A DNA stretch of 64,000 bases from Acidimicrobiales bacterium (GCA_040219515.1 JAVJSI010000005.1:145243-209242); one strand, 5' to 3'. Numbered from the stretch's first letter, positions 9,317 through 19,579 are shown. Notes: generated from the letters alone by a model not told the origin. Made by a program: numbers and translations.

Positions 9317-10459
9317 ATGGTCGGGCCACTGGCTGGAGTACGGGTGATCGAGCTGGCGGGTCTCGGCGCGCTGCCGTTCGGCACCTTGAAGCTCGCCGAC
9401 ATGGGCGCCGAGGTGATCCGGGTCGATCGGTTGTCCGAGGTTCCCGACGTCAAGGAACCTGGCGGGTATTCGTCCTGGGACCGAGGACGACGGTCGGTCG
9501 CCGTCGACCTGAAGCATCCCGATGGCGTGGAGACCGTGCTGAGGCTCGCGGCAGGTGCCGACATCTTTCTCGAGGCCTTTCGGCCGGGGGTCGCTGAGCG
9601 ACTCGGCGTCGGGCCCGATCATGTCATGGCACGAAACCCCGCCATGGTCTACGGACGCCTCACCGGCTGGGGACAGTCCGGTGCATTGGCCCACTCGGCG
9701 GGCCACTCGCTCAACTACGAGGCGATCACCGGCGTCATCCGGTCCATCGGCCCCGAGGGCGGTCCACCGGTGCCGCTGCTCCAACTCCTCGGTGACTTCG
9801 CCGGCGGTGGGCTGACGATGGCGTTCGGTGTCGTCTGCGCGCTGTGGGAGACCCGCCAGTCCGGCAAGGGCCAGGTGGTCGATGCTGCAATGACCGACGG
9901 TGTGGCGTCCCTCGCGAGTGTCTTCTACGGCATGCAGGCGAGTGGCATGCACACCACCGATCTCGGCACCAACCTGTTCGACGGCGGATCGCCGTTCTAC
10001 GCCGTCTACGAGTGTGCCGACGGGGGCTACATGTCGATCGCTCCGATCGAGCCACACTTCTATGCGCTCATGCTCGAGACGATCGGTGTCGATCAGGCCA
10101 CGCTCCCTGCGCAGTACGACCGCGACGGCTGGCCGGAGGTGAAGGCGACTCTTGCCGCCCGCTTCCTCGAGAAGTCTCGCGACGAATGGTGCGCGCTTCT
10201 CGAAGGCACCGACTGTTGCGCGGCGCCGGTGCTCACCTACGACGAGGCCCGTGTGTACCGACACCACCGCGATCGGGGCACATTCGTCGGCGAGCAGGGG
10301 ACCGAGGTGAGGCCGGTGCCGATTCTCTCGCGCACACCGGGGGAGATCCGACCGTCGCCGGAATGGACCGGGGCCGACACCGACGACGTGCTCGCAGCAT
10401 CGGGTTTCGACGCAGCCGAGATCGAGCAGCTCCGACGCAACGGAGCCATCGGTGGCTGA
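9317..10459 (+). CDS. mcr: Alpha-methylacyl-CoA racemase-like family III CoA-transferase.
   Basis: MVGPLAGVRVIELAGLGALPFGTLKLADMGAEVIRVDR closely resembles the mycobacterial Mcr N-terminus. CaiB/BaiF fold. Confidence 0.75.
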   Translation: MVGPLAGVRVIELAGLGALPFGTLKLADMGAEVIRVDRLSEVPDVKEPGGYSSWDRGRRSVAVDLKHPDGVETVLRLAAGADIFLEAFRPGVAERLGVGPDHVMARNPAMVYGRLTGWGQSGALAHSAGHSLNYEAITGVIRSIGPEGGPPVPLLQLLGDFAGGGLTMAFGVVCALWETRQSGKGQVVDAAMTDGVASLASVFYGMQASGMHTTDLGTNLFDGGSPFYAVYECADGGYMSIAPIEPHFYALMLETIGVDQATLPAQYDRDGWPEVKATLAARFLEKSRDEWCALLEGTDCCAAPVLTYDEARVYRHHRDRGTFVGEQGTEVRPVPILSRTPGEIRPSPEWTGADTDDVLAASGFDAAEIEQLRRNGAIGG

Positions 10460-11378
10460 GGTCGATCTCGATCTCGACCGGGTGAGCCAAGCAGCCGCCG
10501 CGATTCCCGGGTGTTTCGTGCAGACGCCGCAGTATCGGAGCGAAGCGCTGAGCCGGCTGCTCGGGGTCGAGGTCGTGCTCAAGGTCGAGACAGCGAGCCC
10601 CACCGGCACGGTGGCGAGCCGGGGAGCCGAGTGGTGGTTCGAGAACCACCCGCACGTCCATCGCGTGGTCTGTGCCAGCGCAGACGATTTCGGCACCGCC
10701 ATGGCCTTCGCGGGCCGTTCGCGCAACATCGACGTGGAGCTGTTCGGACCGATCGATGCTGACCCGGGCAAGGTCGAGACACTTCGCCACGCGGGCACCA
10801 TCGTGCGGTTGGATGGACGCGACGCCGACGAGGCCCGTGCCGAGGCCCAGCGCTACTCGGCGGTGGTCGATGGCTTGTTCGTCGACGATGGTGGCCACAT
10901 CGAGCTCGTGGAAGGAGCGGCCACGCTCGGCGCAGAACTCGAACAGTTGCCGGGCTCGTTGGACGCGGTCTTCGTCCCGATCGGTCGGGGAAGCCTTGCC
11001 CATGGGGTCGGTGCCTGGTGCCACCAACGGATGCCTCGGACCCGTGTTGTCGGCGTCGGCGCGGAGCGAGCTCCGGGCACGGTTCACAGTGTGCGAGAGG
11101 GTCGCCTCATGCCGTCGCCGGTCGTCCCTGGCGCTGCGTCGGAGATGTCGGTCTCCGCGCCGGCCGCGCCGTTCGTGGTCTCGCTCTCCGATGCGCTCGA
11201 CGACACGACTCTGGTAAGTGATCGCCACCTCGAGCAGGCCGGCGCCGCGCTTCTTCGCTACGAGGGGATCAGGGTGTCAACGGACGGTGCCGCGTCGCTG
11301 GCGGCGGCTGCCCTGGCTGCGCCGGCGATCCCCGGTGCCTCCGTCGTGGTCCTCGTCACCGGTCGTTTGGTGGGCTGA
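10452..11378 (+). CDS. PLP-dependent fold type II (PALP, threonine/serine dehydratase-like) protein lacking the Schiff-base lysine.
   Basis: The PALP N-terminal motif L-K-V-E-x-x-S-P-T-G is present, but the canonical S-F-K-D-R-G reads T-V-A-S-R-G, so the lysine is replaced by alanine. The GTG start overlaps the mcr stop by 8 nt. Confidence 0.65.
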   Translation: MAEVDLDLDRVSQAAAAIPGCFVQTPQYRSEALSRLLGVEVVLKVETASPTGTVASRGAEWWFENHPHVHRVVCASADDFGTAMAFAGRSRNIDVELFGPIDADPGKVETLRHAGTIVRLDGRDADEARAEAQRYSAVVDGLFVDDGGHIELVEGAATLGAELEQLPGSLDAVFVPIGRGSLAHGVGAWCHQRMPRTRVVGVGAERAPGTVHSVREGRLMPSPVVPGAASEMSVSAPAAPFVVSLSDALDDTTLVSDRHLEQAGAALLRYEGIRVSTDGAASLAAAALAAPAIPGASVVVLVTGRLVG

Positions 11379-13859
11379 TCACTTCCGGCGCTTTGCCCGA
11401 CTCGTCGGTCGTGCGGTCGTAGGATCCTCCGGCCACTCGTGCTTGGGATAGCGCCCGCGGAGTTCACGGCGTACCTCGCGGTAACCCTCGGCCCAGAACG
11501 AGGCGAGGTCCGTGGTGACCTGCACCGGCCGGTGAGCAGGCGAGAGAAGGTGCACGACGACGGGCACCTGACCGTCCATCACCGATGGGGTCGTCGACAG
11601 GCCGAACAACTCCTGAAGCCGCACCGCGAGAACAGGACCTGACTCCGGGCCGTAGTCGATGGGGATTCGTGAGCCCGAGGGGACTTCGAAGTGCGTCGGT
11701 GCGAGCCGCTCGACATCTCTGGTCTTGCGCCAGTCGAGCCGGTGATTCAGTGCGCCGCGTAGATCGATCATCGCCAGGTCGTCGCGACGTCTGGCGTTGC
11801 CCAGCGAAGGGCCGAGCCAGTCCTCGAGCCCGTCGAGCAGCGTTGCATCGTCGACCGCCGGCCACTCGTCGGGATCGTGACGGTGGAGGAAAGAGAGGCG
11901 TTGGCGCCACTTCGCCTCGGCTTCGTTCCACGCCAACAGTTCGAGGCCTTCTCGTCGGACCCCGGTGAGGAGTGCCTCCCGCAGTGCGTCCTTGTCGGGG
12001 TCCGCGTCAGGGTCGCGACGCAGGATCAGGGCACCCAGTCGCTCCTGGTGTTCGAATACGGCATCGCGTGCTCGGCGGTCCCACTCGCCCCGAACTCGTG
12101 ATTCGAGTCGGTGGCCGTGCAGCGCGTCGAGATCGTCGCGGTCGATCGGGGCGGCGGTGAGGATCTGCGCGTCCGCCCCCAGACCGGCGGTCTCGGCGAC
12201 GGCGAGCAGCGGTTCCCGGGCCAATCCGTCGCCGGGTGGGACGCCGGCCCCCGTCCCCGACGCGAGGAGGAAGCTCCCCACTTCATCTCGCCTCTGGGCG
12301 ATGCGCTCGGGAAAGGCGAGCGATACCAGCGGGCCGACCATGTCGAGATCGGCCGGATCGTCGCCGGCGCCGAACTGGTTCCGCCATCGGCGGGCGATGT
12401 CGCGGGCCCGGCTGCGGCGTCCCGGGTCGACACCCGGGCCACCGGCGGCGAGCGCTTCGATCCGCAACCGGAGATCCACCGGTCGATCTCGTCCGGAAAG
12501 GAGATCGCGGTCGCTCAGTACGGCGGCGAGGTCGCACGCCGTTCCGGTCGCGTCGAGCGCTGCGGCCCGCAGGATCATGTGGGCAAGACGTGGTTCGGCC
12601 CCGATCTCGGCGATGGCCCGGCCATGGTCGGTGAGTCGGCCGTTGTCGTCGAGTGCACCGAGCGAGCTGAGCACGCCGCGGCCCGCAGCCAGAGCCGGCG
12701 CGGGGGGCGGGTCGATCCACGGAATCTCATGTTCGTCGACCGCTCCCCACGCCCCGATCTGGAGGGCGAGCGGGGTCAGGTCGCTGGTGAGTATCTCTGG
12801 CGGCTCGTCCTTGCGCCGCCGCACCTGATCGACCTCCGGCCAGAGTCGCACGCAGAGACCGGGTCCCTGACGGCCGGCGCGGCCGCGACGCTGGTCGGTG
12901 GCTGCCTGGCTTGCGGTGACCGTGCGCAGTCGACTCATTCCGCGGCCGAGGTCGTGTTCGGGTCGGCGCCGCCGGCCGGTGTCGACAACGATCGATACGC
13001 CATCGATCGTCACGCTGGTTTCGGCGATTGGTGTGGCCAGCACGATCTTCCGACGACCGGAGCGATCGCTGCGCAGGGCGCGGTCCTGCTCCCCGGGCGG
13101 CAGTGAGCCGTGAAGGGGGGTGAGTACGCAGGTGTCGGGCAATCGGGGCCGAAGCGCCCGGCCGGCCCGGTCGATGTCGGCTGCCCCGGCGAGAAACACG
13201 AGCACGTCACCGGCACGCTCCGAGAGCACCTCGAGGACTGCATCGGCGAGGTCGTCCTCGGCGCGGCGTCCGGGTGCGGGCACCCGGTAGCGGGTTTCGA
13301 CGGGGTGCAACGGTGCGTCGACTGAGATGATCGCGTCGGTGGAGAGCCGACCGGCAAGACCGGCCGAGTCGAGGGTGGCCGACATGAGCACCACTCGGAG
13401 GTCGTCGCGAAGCGCGGCGGCCGTCTCACGCACGAACGCAAGGCCCGTGTCTGCGTGGATGCTCCGTTCGTGGAACTCGTCGAACACGACGGCACCGATG
13501 CCGCTCAGCCCGGGGTCATCGATCAGCATGCGGGTCAGGACGCCCTCGGTGACCACTTCGATCCGGGTGGCTGAGCTGACCCGGGTGTCGAAGCGGCTAC
13601 GGAGGCCGACGACGTCCCCGACCGTGGTGCCGAGTTCCGCAGCGATGCGTTCCGCAGCGGCTCGGGCCGCGACACGGCGTGGCTCGAGCATCAGGACCTT
13701 GCCGTCACCGAGCCAGGCTGCGTCGAGCAGCGCCGGGGGAACGCGAGTGGTTTTGCCGGTGCCGGGAGGGGATTCGAGCACGAGGAACCGCTCGTCGTCG
13801 AGGAGCGCGATCAGGCGCGGGAGCGCACCGTCGATCGGCAGCGGTGCGCGACGATTCAT
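11379..13859 (-). CDS. hrpB: ATP-dependent DEAH-box helicase HrpB.
   Basis: 826 aa with a Walker A motif PPGTGKTT, a DEFH box (VVFDEFHERS) and the HrpB C-terminal domain. Confidence 0.9.
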   Translation of the reverse strand: MNRRAPLPIDGALPRLIALLDDERFLVLESPPGTGKTTRVPPALLDAAWLGDGKVLMLEPRRVAARAAAERIAAELGTTVGDVVGLRSRFDTRVSSATRIEVVTEGVLTRMLIDDPGLSGIGAVVFDEFHERSIHADTGLAFVRETAAALRDDLRVVLMSATLDSAGLAGRLSTDAIISVDAPLHPVETRYRVPAPGRRAEDDLADAVLEVLSERAGDVLVFLAGAADIDRAGRALRPRLPDTCVLTPLHGSLPPGEQDRALRSDRSGRRKIVLATPIAETSVTIDGVSIVVDTGRRRRPEHDLGRGMSRLRTVTASQAATDQRRGRAGRQGPGLCVRLWPEVDQVRRRKDEPPEILTSDLTPLALQIGAWGAVDEHEIPWIDPPPAPALAAGRGVLSSLGALDDNGRLTDHGRAIAEIGAEPRLAHMILRAAALDATGTACDLAAVLSDRDLLSGRDRPVDLRLRIEALAAGGPGVDPGRRSRARDIARRWRNQFGAGDDPADLDMVGPLVSLAFPERIAQRRDEVGSFLLASGTGAGVPPGDGLAREPLLAVAETAGLGADAQILTAAPIDRDDLDALHGHRLESRVRGEWDRRARDAVFEHQERLGALILRRDPDADPDKDALREALLTGVRREGLELLAWNEAEAKWRQRLSFLHRHDPDEWPAVDDATLLDGLEDWLGPSLGNARRRDDLAMIDLRGALNHRLDWRKTRDVERLAPTHFEVPSGSRIPIDYGPESGPVLAVRLQELFGLSTTPSVMDGQVPVVVHLLSPAHRPVQVTTDLASFWAEGYREVRRELRGRYPKHEWPEDPTTARPTSRAKRRK

Positions 13860-13869
13860 GGGTTGCTGG

Positions 13870-14538
13870 TCAACTCCGGTCGAGGCCGGTCAGCGATCGA
13901 ACCGCGGCGACGACAGCCTCGGGATGCGAGCGCATGAGGTAGTGGCGCGCATTGTCGACCGTGGTGCGAACGGCGTGAGGGAGCTTCTTCTCCATGTAGT
14001 CGTTCGCCCCGAGGTAGGCGCGGTCGCCGTCGCCGATGACCAACGCAATCGGCAGGGTGAGTTCCGTCAGACGGTCGATCATCATCGAATCGGTGTGAAA
14101 AGCGATCGACGCGGCGATCTCGGGGATCGCGTAGTCGGGCGCGCTCTCGCGAACTCTCGTATTCCAAGCCTCCCGCGCGTCGGGGTCGCGAAAGCCCGGG
14201 CCGGTCGCGACCAGAACCAACGCGGCGAGCTTTCCGGGGCGGGTGAGAGCGTGCGCCATGCCGAGATAGCCGCCGAGCGAGTGCCCGACGAGTACGACCG
14301 GACCGTCGAGGCCGGCGATGATCTCATCGAGGTCTCGGAGTACTGCCTCGCGGGTGTAGTCAGCCGGATCGGTGCTGCCCGGGGTGTCGCCGTGGCCGGG
14401 GAGATCGACAGCCACGCACGTGTGATCGTCGAGCAGCGCGATCGTCGGCGACCATACGTCGCCTGTGCTGTCGAGCCCGTGGACGAAGAGCACGGTCGGG
14501 CCCGTCCCGGTGGTTGTGGTGTGAAGGTCGGTTGGCAT
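13870..14538 (-). CDS. Alpha/beta hydrolase.
   Basis: LFVHGLDSTGDVW together with a GHSLGG nucleophile elbow. Confidence 0.8.
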   Translation of the reverse strand: MPTDLHTTTTGTGPTVLFVHGLDSTGDVWSPTIALLDDHTCVAVDLPGHGDTPGSTDPADYTREAVLRDLDEIIAGLDGPVVLVGHSLGGYLGMAHALTRPGKLAALVLVATGPGFRDPDAREAWNTRVRESAPDYAIPEIAASIAFHTDSMMIDRLTELTLPIALVIGDGDRAYLGANDYMEKKLPHAVRTTVDNARHYLMRSHPEAVVAAVRSLTGLDRS

Positions 14539-14549
14539 ATGCGCTCCGG

Positions 14550-15320
14550 TCAGGTGCCGTCGAACTGGGGGTGACGCTTGTCGAGGAAGGCTTGCACACC
14601 CTCGCGGTAGTCGTTGCTGCTGTAGCAGGCCTGACGGGAGCTGGCGGCCGCGTCGGCGAGGACGGTGTTGCGGAGCGAATCCACCGACAGCTTGGTGGAC
14701 CTGTGGGTCAATGGCGCGAGGCGGGAGATCTTCGTGGCGAGATTCGCGACGTGGTCGTCGAGCTGATCCTTCGGCAGCACCTCCTGGATCAGGCCGATCG
14801 CCAGCGCTTCGTCGGCGCCGATCACTCGAGCGCTGTAGAGCAGTAGCTTCGTCTGGGCCGGGCCGATGAGCTCCGTGAGCCGGGCGACGGCATCATGGGG
14901 ATAGGCGAGCCCGAGCCGAGCCGGTGGTACCGCGAAGGTCGCGTCGTCGGCCGCGATCCTCACATCGGTGTGCAGCGCCATCGCAATCCCGCCGCCCATG
15001 CAGGGTCCATGGATCGCTGCCAGCACGGGAACCGGAATCGCCGCGAGGGCATCCCAGGCATCGTGCTCGACGTCGTCGAAGCTCTGGGCGTCGTCCCCCA
15101 TTCGGCGGCTGGGGAACTCCGAGATGTCGGAGCCGGCACCGAACGCCTCGATGCCGGCACCGCGTAGCACGACGATCCTGACCCCGGCATCGGCGAAGAG
15201 TTCCTTGATCGCCGGCCGAACTGCCGCGTACATGTCAGCAGTCATGGCGTTGCGACGAGAGGGATTGTCGATGAGCATCGTGCCGACTGCGCCGGCCCGT
15301 TCTATTGCGATTCCTGCCAT
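14550..15320 (-). CDS. Enoyl-CoA hydratase/isomerase (crotonase family).
   Basis: DNPSRRNAM...AFGAGSDISEF oxyanion-hole motifs. Confidence 0.85.
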   Translation of the reverse strand: MAGIAIERAGAVGTMLIDNPSRRNAMTADMYAAVRPAIKELFADAGVRIVVLRGAGIEAFGAGSDISEFPSRRMGDDAQSFDDVEHDAWDALAAIPVPVLAAIHGPCMGGGIAMALHTDVRIAADDATFAVPPARLGLAYPHDAVARLTELIGPAQTKLLLYSARVIGADEALAIGLIQEVLPKDQLDDHVANLATKISRLAPLTHRSTKLSVDSLRNTVLADAAASSRQACYSSNDYREGVQAFLDKRHPQFDGT

Positions 15321-15364
15321 CTCCGCAGCCTCTCAGACCAGCGGCGGATCGTGTGGGTTCGCGG

Positions 15365-18300
15365 CTAGTGAGAGTGCCCCACGAGTGCTTCGCCCTCGAG
15401 TTCTCGGGCCAGCAGCTCGCCGATGACATCGGCGGGAGCCGGTCGTGCGAAGTAGTAACCCTGGCCGAGACGGCAACCGAGGGCGAGCAGTCGTCGATGT
15501 TGGTCGGGCACTTCGATGCCCTCGGCGACGGTCTCGGCGCCCATTCCCTGGGCGATCGAGAGCACCGTGGAGACGATCGCCGAATCGTCCTGGTTCTCGA
15601 GGCGAGCAACGAACGACTGGTCGATCTTCAAGATGTCGGCAGAGAACTCGTTCGCGTACTTCAGCGTGGCGTATCCGGTGCCGAAGTCGTCGATCGCCAC
15701 GCGCAGACCCGCCGAGCGCAGGGCGTCGATCCGCTTGACGACGAGTTCGAAGTCGTTGATCAGCGCGGACTCCGTGAGCTCCAGCACCACCGCGCTTCGC
15801 TCCAAGCCGGCCTCATCCACGATCTCGAGCACTTCCGCGACAATGCCGTCTCGCTGGAGCTGGACCGGCGAGATGTTGACACTCGCGTAGATGTCATGGC
15901 CGATCGACCGCCAATGAGCGACCTGAGCCGCCGACTTCTGGAGGACAGACCGGCCGAGCGGCACGATGAGTCCGTTGCGCTCGGCGAGCGGGATGAAATC
16001 GCCCGGGTTGACCATGCCGCGAACGGGGTGGTTCCAACGCACCAGCGCTTCGACTCCGGCCGTACGCCCAGAACCCAGATCGAGAATGGGCTGGTAGTAG
16101 ACCATGAGTTCGTCGTTGTCGATCGCTTGGCCGAGCGAGTTGGAGATCTCGAAGCGGGCGACGGTCTGGTCGGCCATCGCCGCTTCGAACATCGCCCATC
16201 GGCCCTTGCCCTTTGCCTTGGCCTCGTACATGGCGACGTCGGCAGCTCGCAGAAGATCCTCGGGGCTCTGCGATCGGTCATGGTCGATGGCGATGCCGAC
16301 ACTCACGCCGAGCCGGACCTCCTGGCCCATCAGCTCGACCGGGCGGGAGAGTTCCTCGACGATACGGTCGGCCACGAGCGTGACGTCGGCGTCGCTGTAG
16401 ACATCGGTCAGCAGGACGGCGAACTCGTCGCCGCCAAAGCGGGCGGCTCGATCGTGGAGGCGCAGCCGGCCGAGAAGTCGGCTGGAGGTCTCCACGAGCA
16501 CCTGGTCGCCGGCCGCGTGACCGAGCGAATCGTTGATGTTCTTGAAGTCGTCGATGTCGATGAAGAGCGCAGCGACCTTGCTGCCGGGTCGCCGCTCCGG
16601 TCCGAGGGCCAGTTGAAGCTGGTCGGTGAATTGCACGCGACTGCCGAGACCTGTGAGGTCATCGTGGAGCACCTGGTGACGAAGGTCGTTCTCGAGGCGC
16701 TTTCGATCCGTGATGTCGCGCATGTTGAGGACGAGGCCCTGCACGGACGGGTCGCTTCGGAGATCGGTGACGGTCACTTCGGCGGTGCGTTGTCCGCCGT
16801 CGGCGCGCTCGAGGACCACTTCGATCGTGCGACTGCCGGGAGTCGTAGCCATCAACACCGCACGAACGTCGTCGACGGCCGACGTCTGATCCGGTGGCAG
16901 GAGCTCGAGGAAGTTGCGGCCACGCAGTTGCTCGGGGCGGGCGTCGAGCAGGGCGGTCGCCGATGGGCTGATGTACGTGAACACACCGGCCTCGTCGAGT
17001 ACTGCGATCACGTCCGAGCTGTTCTGCACGAGACCGCGGAACCACTGCTCACTGCGCTGAAGGCCGAGCTTGGCGGCTCGCTCCTCGTTCACGTCGCGCG
17101 CCGTCAGCACCACGCCGGCGACTTCCGGGTCGCCCGAGAAGTCGCGGGTGGTCACGTCGAACCAGCGGTACTTGCCTTCTGATGTGCGGAGCCGACACTC
17201 GATTGCGAGAGGAACTTCGTCAGCCTTCGACGGTGCGGCGATCGTGTTGCGGAGCGCTGCCGCTTCGTCAGGATGTGCAAGATCGACCGGGTCGGACGCG
17301 AGGAGGCTGGAAGCGGCAACACCGAGCACCCGTGTCATGTTCGGCGAGACGAACTGGACCAACCCGGCGTCGTCAATCACGAGAACGAGATCGGCAGACT
17401 GTTCAACGAGCGCAGTCAGACGCTGCTCCGCTCGACGCGCGAAGCGCGCTTCCGCCAAGCGGAGAGATGCCAGCGCTTGCGAGATCTGTGCACACATCGT
17501 CTGAAGCGCAAGGTTGAATGCGGTATCCAGGACCCCAGAGATCTCCACGACCATCTGGCCGAACTCGCCATGGTCGCCGAGCTCAAGATGTACGAAGTCC
17601 GGATGGTCCTGAGCGATCGCGAGATTGTCCCAGAGATCCGGCTCACCATGTTCTGGCGACAAGAGCTCGATCTGCGCATCACGAGATGGATCAAAGCGAA
17701 CGACGAGCTGACGGGGAGCTCCTGCGATTCCTACCACAGCGGCGTACCTGGCGTTATCGCCAACGACCAGCCTGATTGTCTTCGATGCCGCTGCACCTAT
17801 CTCACTGCCGGTTGATGCGTCCAGGAGTTCGCGCCCGGACTCCGAGAGAGCAGCGTCCATTCCGGCGACTCGCTCCTTGGCCCGAAACAGAAGCGAAATT
17901 CGGACCAGAGTTAGGAGGGCTAGGACGCCAGAACCGGTAACTAGCACGGGCAGGTCGGGAGCAGTGTCGCGGACGAGCGCAGCGAGGAGGGCAGCGGGGA
18001 GAGTGAGTAGCGCAGTGGCCAGCATCACTAGTCGCCCAGTTGTCAACCTTGGCGACGCATACATAGGAGTCTTGGCGATGTCGCCGGCCTCAGGATGTTG
18101 GATCGCCGCGGCAGCGAGAACGAAGGCTGCAGGCGATGCAACATATGAAAGGGTCAGTGCCCAGTCAGACCCGGTGGTGTTGAGAAGGAAGAAGAGATCG
18201 TTAAGAAGTATGAGAATTGTTGCGCCAGCGATCAGTCGCCAGGCGGTGTTCCGCACACCCGGGCCGACCGCGAGGCGGGCGACCATTCCGAGCAGCGCCA

Positions 18301-18796
18301 AGTCGAGGATGGTGTAGACGAAGTTGCCTGACCGGGCCCAGCCATCGATTGAGGAGTCTCGGATGTAGTCAGACAGGACGGCGGAGAACACGACGACCGA
18401 TGCCGCAGCCGCCACGAGCAAACCGTCCAGCGCTGAGTCAGCATCTCGTCGCTTCGAGCGGTGATTCCAGAAGCTCCGAGCAGCAAGGATGATGCAGATG
18501 TAGCCGATCATGCCGGGCACCTCAGCAGGGCTGGGGTATGGCCCGTCGACATCACTGATGAGGCCGTGAATCAGGCGAGTTAGCGCAGAGACCAGCGCAA
18601 GCGAGCCCCCGGCGAGGATTAGTAGCCAAGGACCGCGTTGAAGTGAGTTATCTCGGCGGAGATGCCGCGCATACGTCAGGAGCAGATAGACACCTGCTAG
18701 GGCGCGGACGACGACTAGAGCGGCATCGCCCGCAAGCGTCGCGACTGCGACGCCCGCGAGTCCGACTGCCACAGTCGTGGTCCAGGCCTTTCCCAT
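15365..18796 (-). CDS. Multi-TM sensor with PAS-PAS-GGDEF-EAL domains; a diguanylate cyclase/phosphodiesterase.
   Basis: 1143 aa. The N-terminus has about 9 TM helices, followed by PAS segments, a GGDEF motif (GGDEFAVLL) and an EAL domain (ELTESALIND...DDFGTGYATL). Confidence 0.9.
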   Translation of the reverse strand: MGKAWTTTVAVGLAGVAVATLAGDAALVVVRALAGVYLLLTYARHLRRDNSLQRGPWLLILAGGSLALVSALTRLIHGLISDVDGPYPSPAEVPGMIGYICIILAARSFWNHRSKRRDADSALDGLLVAAAASVVVFSAVLSDYIRDSSIDGWARSGNFVYTILDLALLGMVARLAVGPGVRNTAWRLIAGATILILLNDLFFLLNTTGSDWALTLSYVASPAAFVLAAAAIQHPEAGDIAKTPMYASPRLTTGRLVMLATALLTLPAALLAALVRDTAPDLPVLVTGSGVLALLTLVRISLLFRAKERVAGMDAALSESGRELLDASTGSEIGAAASKTIRLVVGDNARYAAVVGIAGAPRQLVVRFDPSRDAQIELLSPEHGEPDLWDNLAIAQDHPDFVHLELGDHGEFGQMVVEISGVLDTAFNLALQTMCAQISQALASLRLAEARFARRAEQRLTALVEQSADLVLVIDDAGLVQFVSPNMTRVLGVAASSLLASDPVDLAHPDEAAALRNTIAAPSKADEVPLAIECRLRTSEGKYRWFDVTTRDFSGDPEVAGVVLTARDVNEERAAKLGLQRSEQWFRGLVQNSSDVIAVLDEAGVFTYISPSATALLDARPEQLRGRNFLELLPPDQTSAVDDVRAVLMATTPGSRTIEVVLERADGGQRTAEVTVTDLRSDPSVQGLVLNMRDITDRKRLENDLRHQVLHDDLTGLGSRVQFTDQLQLALGPERRPGSKVAALFIDIDDFKNINDSLGHAAGDQVLVETSSRLLGRLRLHDRAARFGGDEFAVLLTDVYSDADVTLVADRIVEELSRPVELMGQEVRLGVSVGIAIDHDRSQSPEDLLRAADVAMYEAKAKGKGRWAMFEAAMADQTVARFEISNSLGQAIDNDELMVYYQPILDLGSGRTAGVEALVRWNHPVRGMVNPGDFIPLAERNGLIVPLGRSVLQKSAAQVAHWRSIGHDIYASVNISPVQLQRDGIVAEVLEIVDEAGLERSAVVLELTESALINDFELVVKRIDALRSAGLRVAIDDFGTGYATLKYANEFSADILKIDQSFVARLENQDDSAIVSTVLSIAQGMGAETVAEGIEVPDQHRRLLALGCRLGQGYYFARPAPADVIGELLARELEGEALVGHSH

Positions 18797-18847
18797 ACCC
18801 CGTTTGGTCGGCCAACGGCACGCAAAACTGAGCGATGTTCGAGGGAG

Positions 18848-19579
18848 CTAGCGGTCGGAACCTGTGGCCTCAAGCCTGATCACGTTCGACCGGTGTTCCG
18901 GGACGGTCGACCGGAGGTCGATCGCAAAGTCATTGAGTCGGTCGAACGGAATCTCGCCAGAGAAGAATCGGAGTGCCTCGGGGTTCGAGGTCGTCAGAAG
19001 CTCGATGGTCCTTGGGAGGTACATAGACACTGGCGTGGATGGCGAACCAAGGTAGTCCGTTGTCTCGCCAAGCGGTTCAAACGGAAACTCGAACCAACGG
19101 CGCATGATGCGCAAGAGTCGGTTATCCATTACCGCCAGCATGTATGCGCGGTTTGTTCGGACGGACTCCTGCCACACGAGTCCGTAGAGGGCTGCAGAGA
19201 TCGCCATGTTCTGAGCGCCGACCCGGGGGGTAGCGAGGGCTGATACCTCGACGCACCGTGTCGGGTCGAGATGGGCGAAGGTCTCAAGGGCTTCGTCGCT
19301 AGTCTCGGTCTCGTGGAACGCGGGAAATCCACGCACTGATGGCCGGATAATCCGGCACGTACCGACTATCTCATCGTTTGCGGTCGTGTCGTGGGCCGCA
19401 AAGTAGTCGCTGAACGGGACCCAACCGTCCTCGAAGTACCCCCTGTAGTCGAGATCGGCATCGGTGATGTAGCCGGCGTCTACATAGCACTCCGCGTGTA
19501 GACGACGAACGGCGTCCATCTCTCGCTCGTTCGTGACAGGCCTGACGTCGAGACCGGGAACGCTTAGAAGCATCGCCAT
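18848..19579 (-). CDS. GNAT-fold N-acyl amino acid synthase (FeeM/autoinducer-synthase-like).
   Basis: 243 aa with the pattern (RRLHAECYVDAGYI...GTCRIIRP...EVSALA) that resembles long-chain N-acyl amino acid synthases of the PEP-CTERM-associated and FeeM type. It lies in the lower-GC block. Confidence 0.55.
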   Translation of the reverse strand: MAMLLSVPGLDVRPVTNEREMDAVRRLHAECYVDAGYITDADLDYRGYFEDGWVPFSDYFAAHDTTANDEIVGTCRIIRPSVRGFPAFHETETSDEALETFAHLDPTRCVEVSALATPRVGAQNMAISAALYGLVWQESVRTNRAYMLAVMDNRLLRIMRRWFEFPFEPLGETTDYLGSPSTPVSMYLPRTIELLTTSNPEALRFFSGEIPFDRLNDFAIDLRSTVPEHRSNVIRLEATGSDR

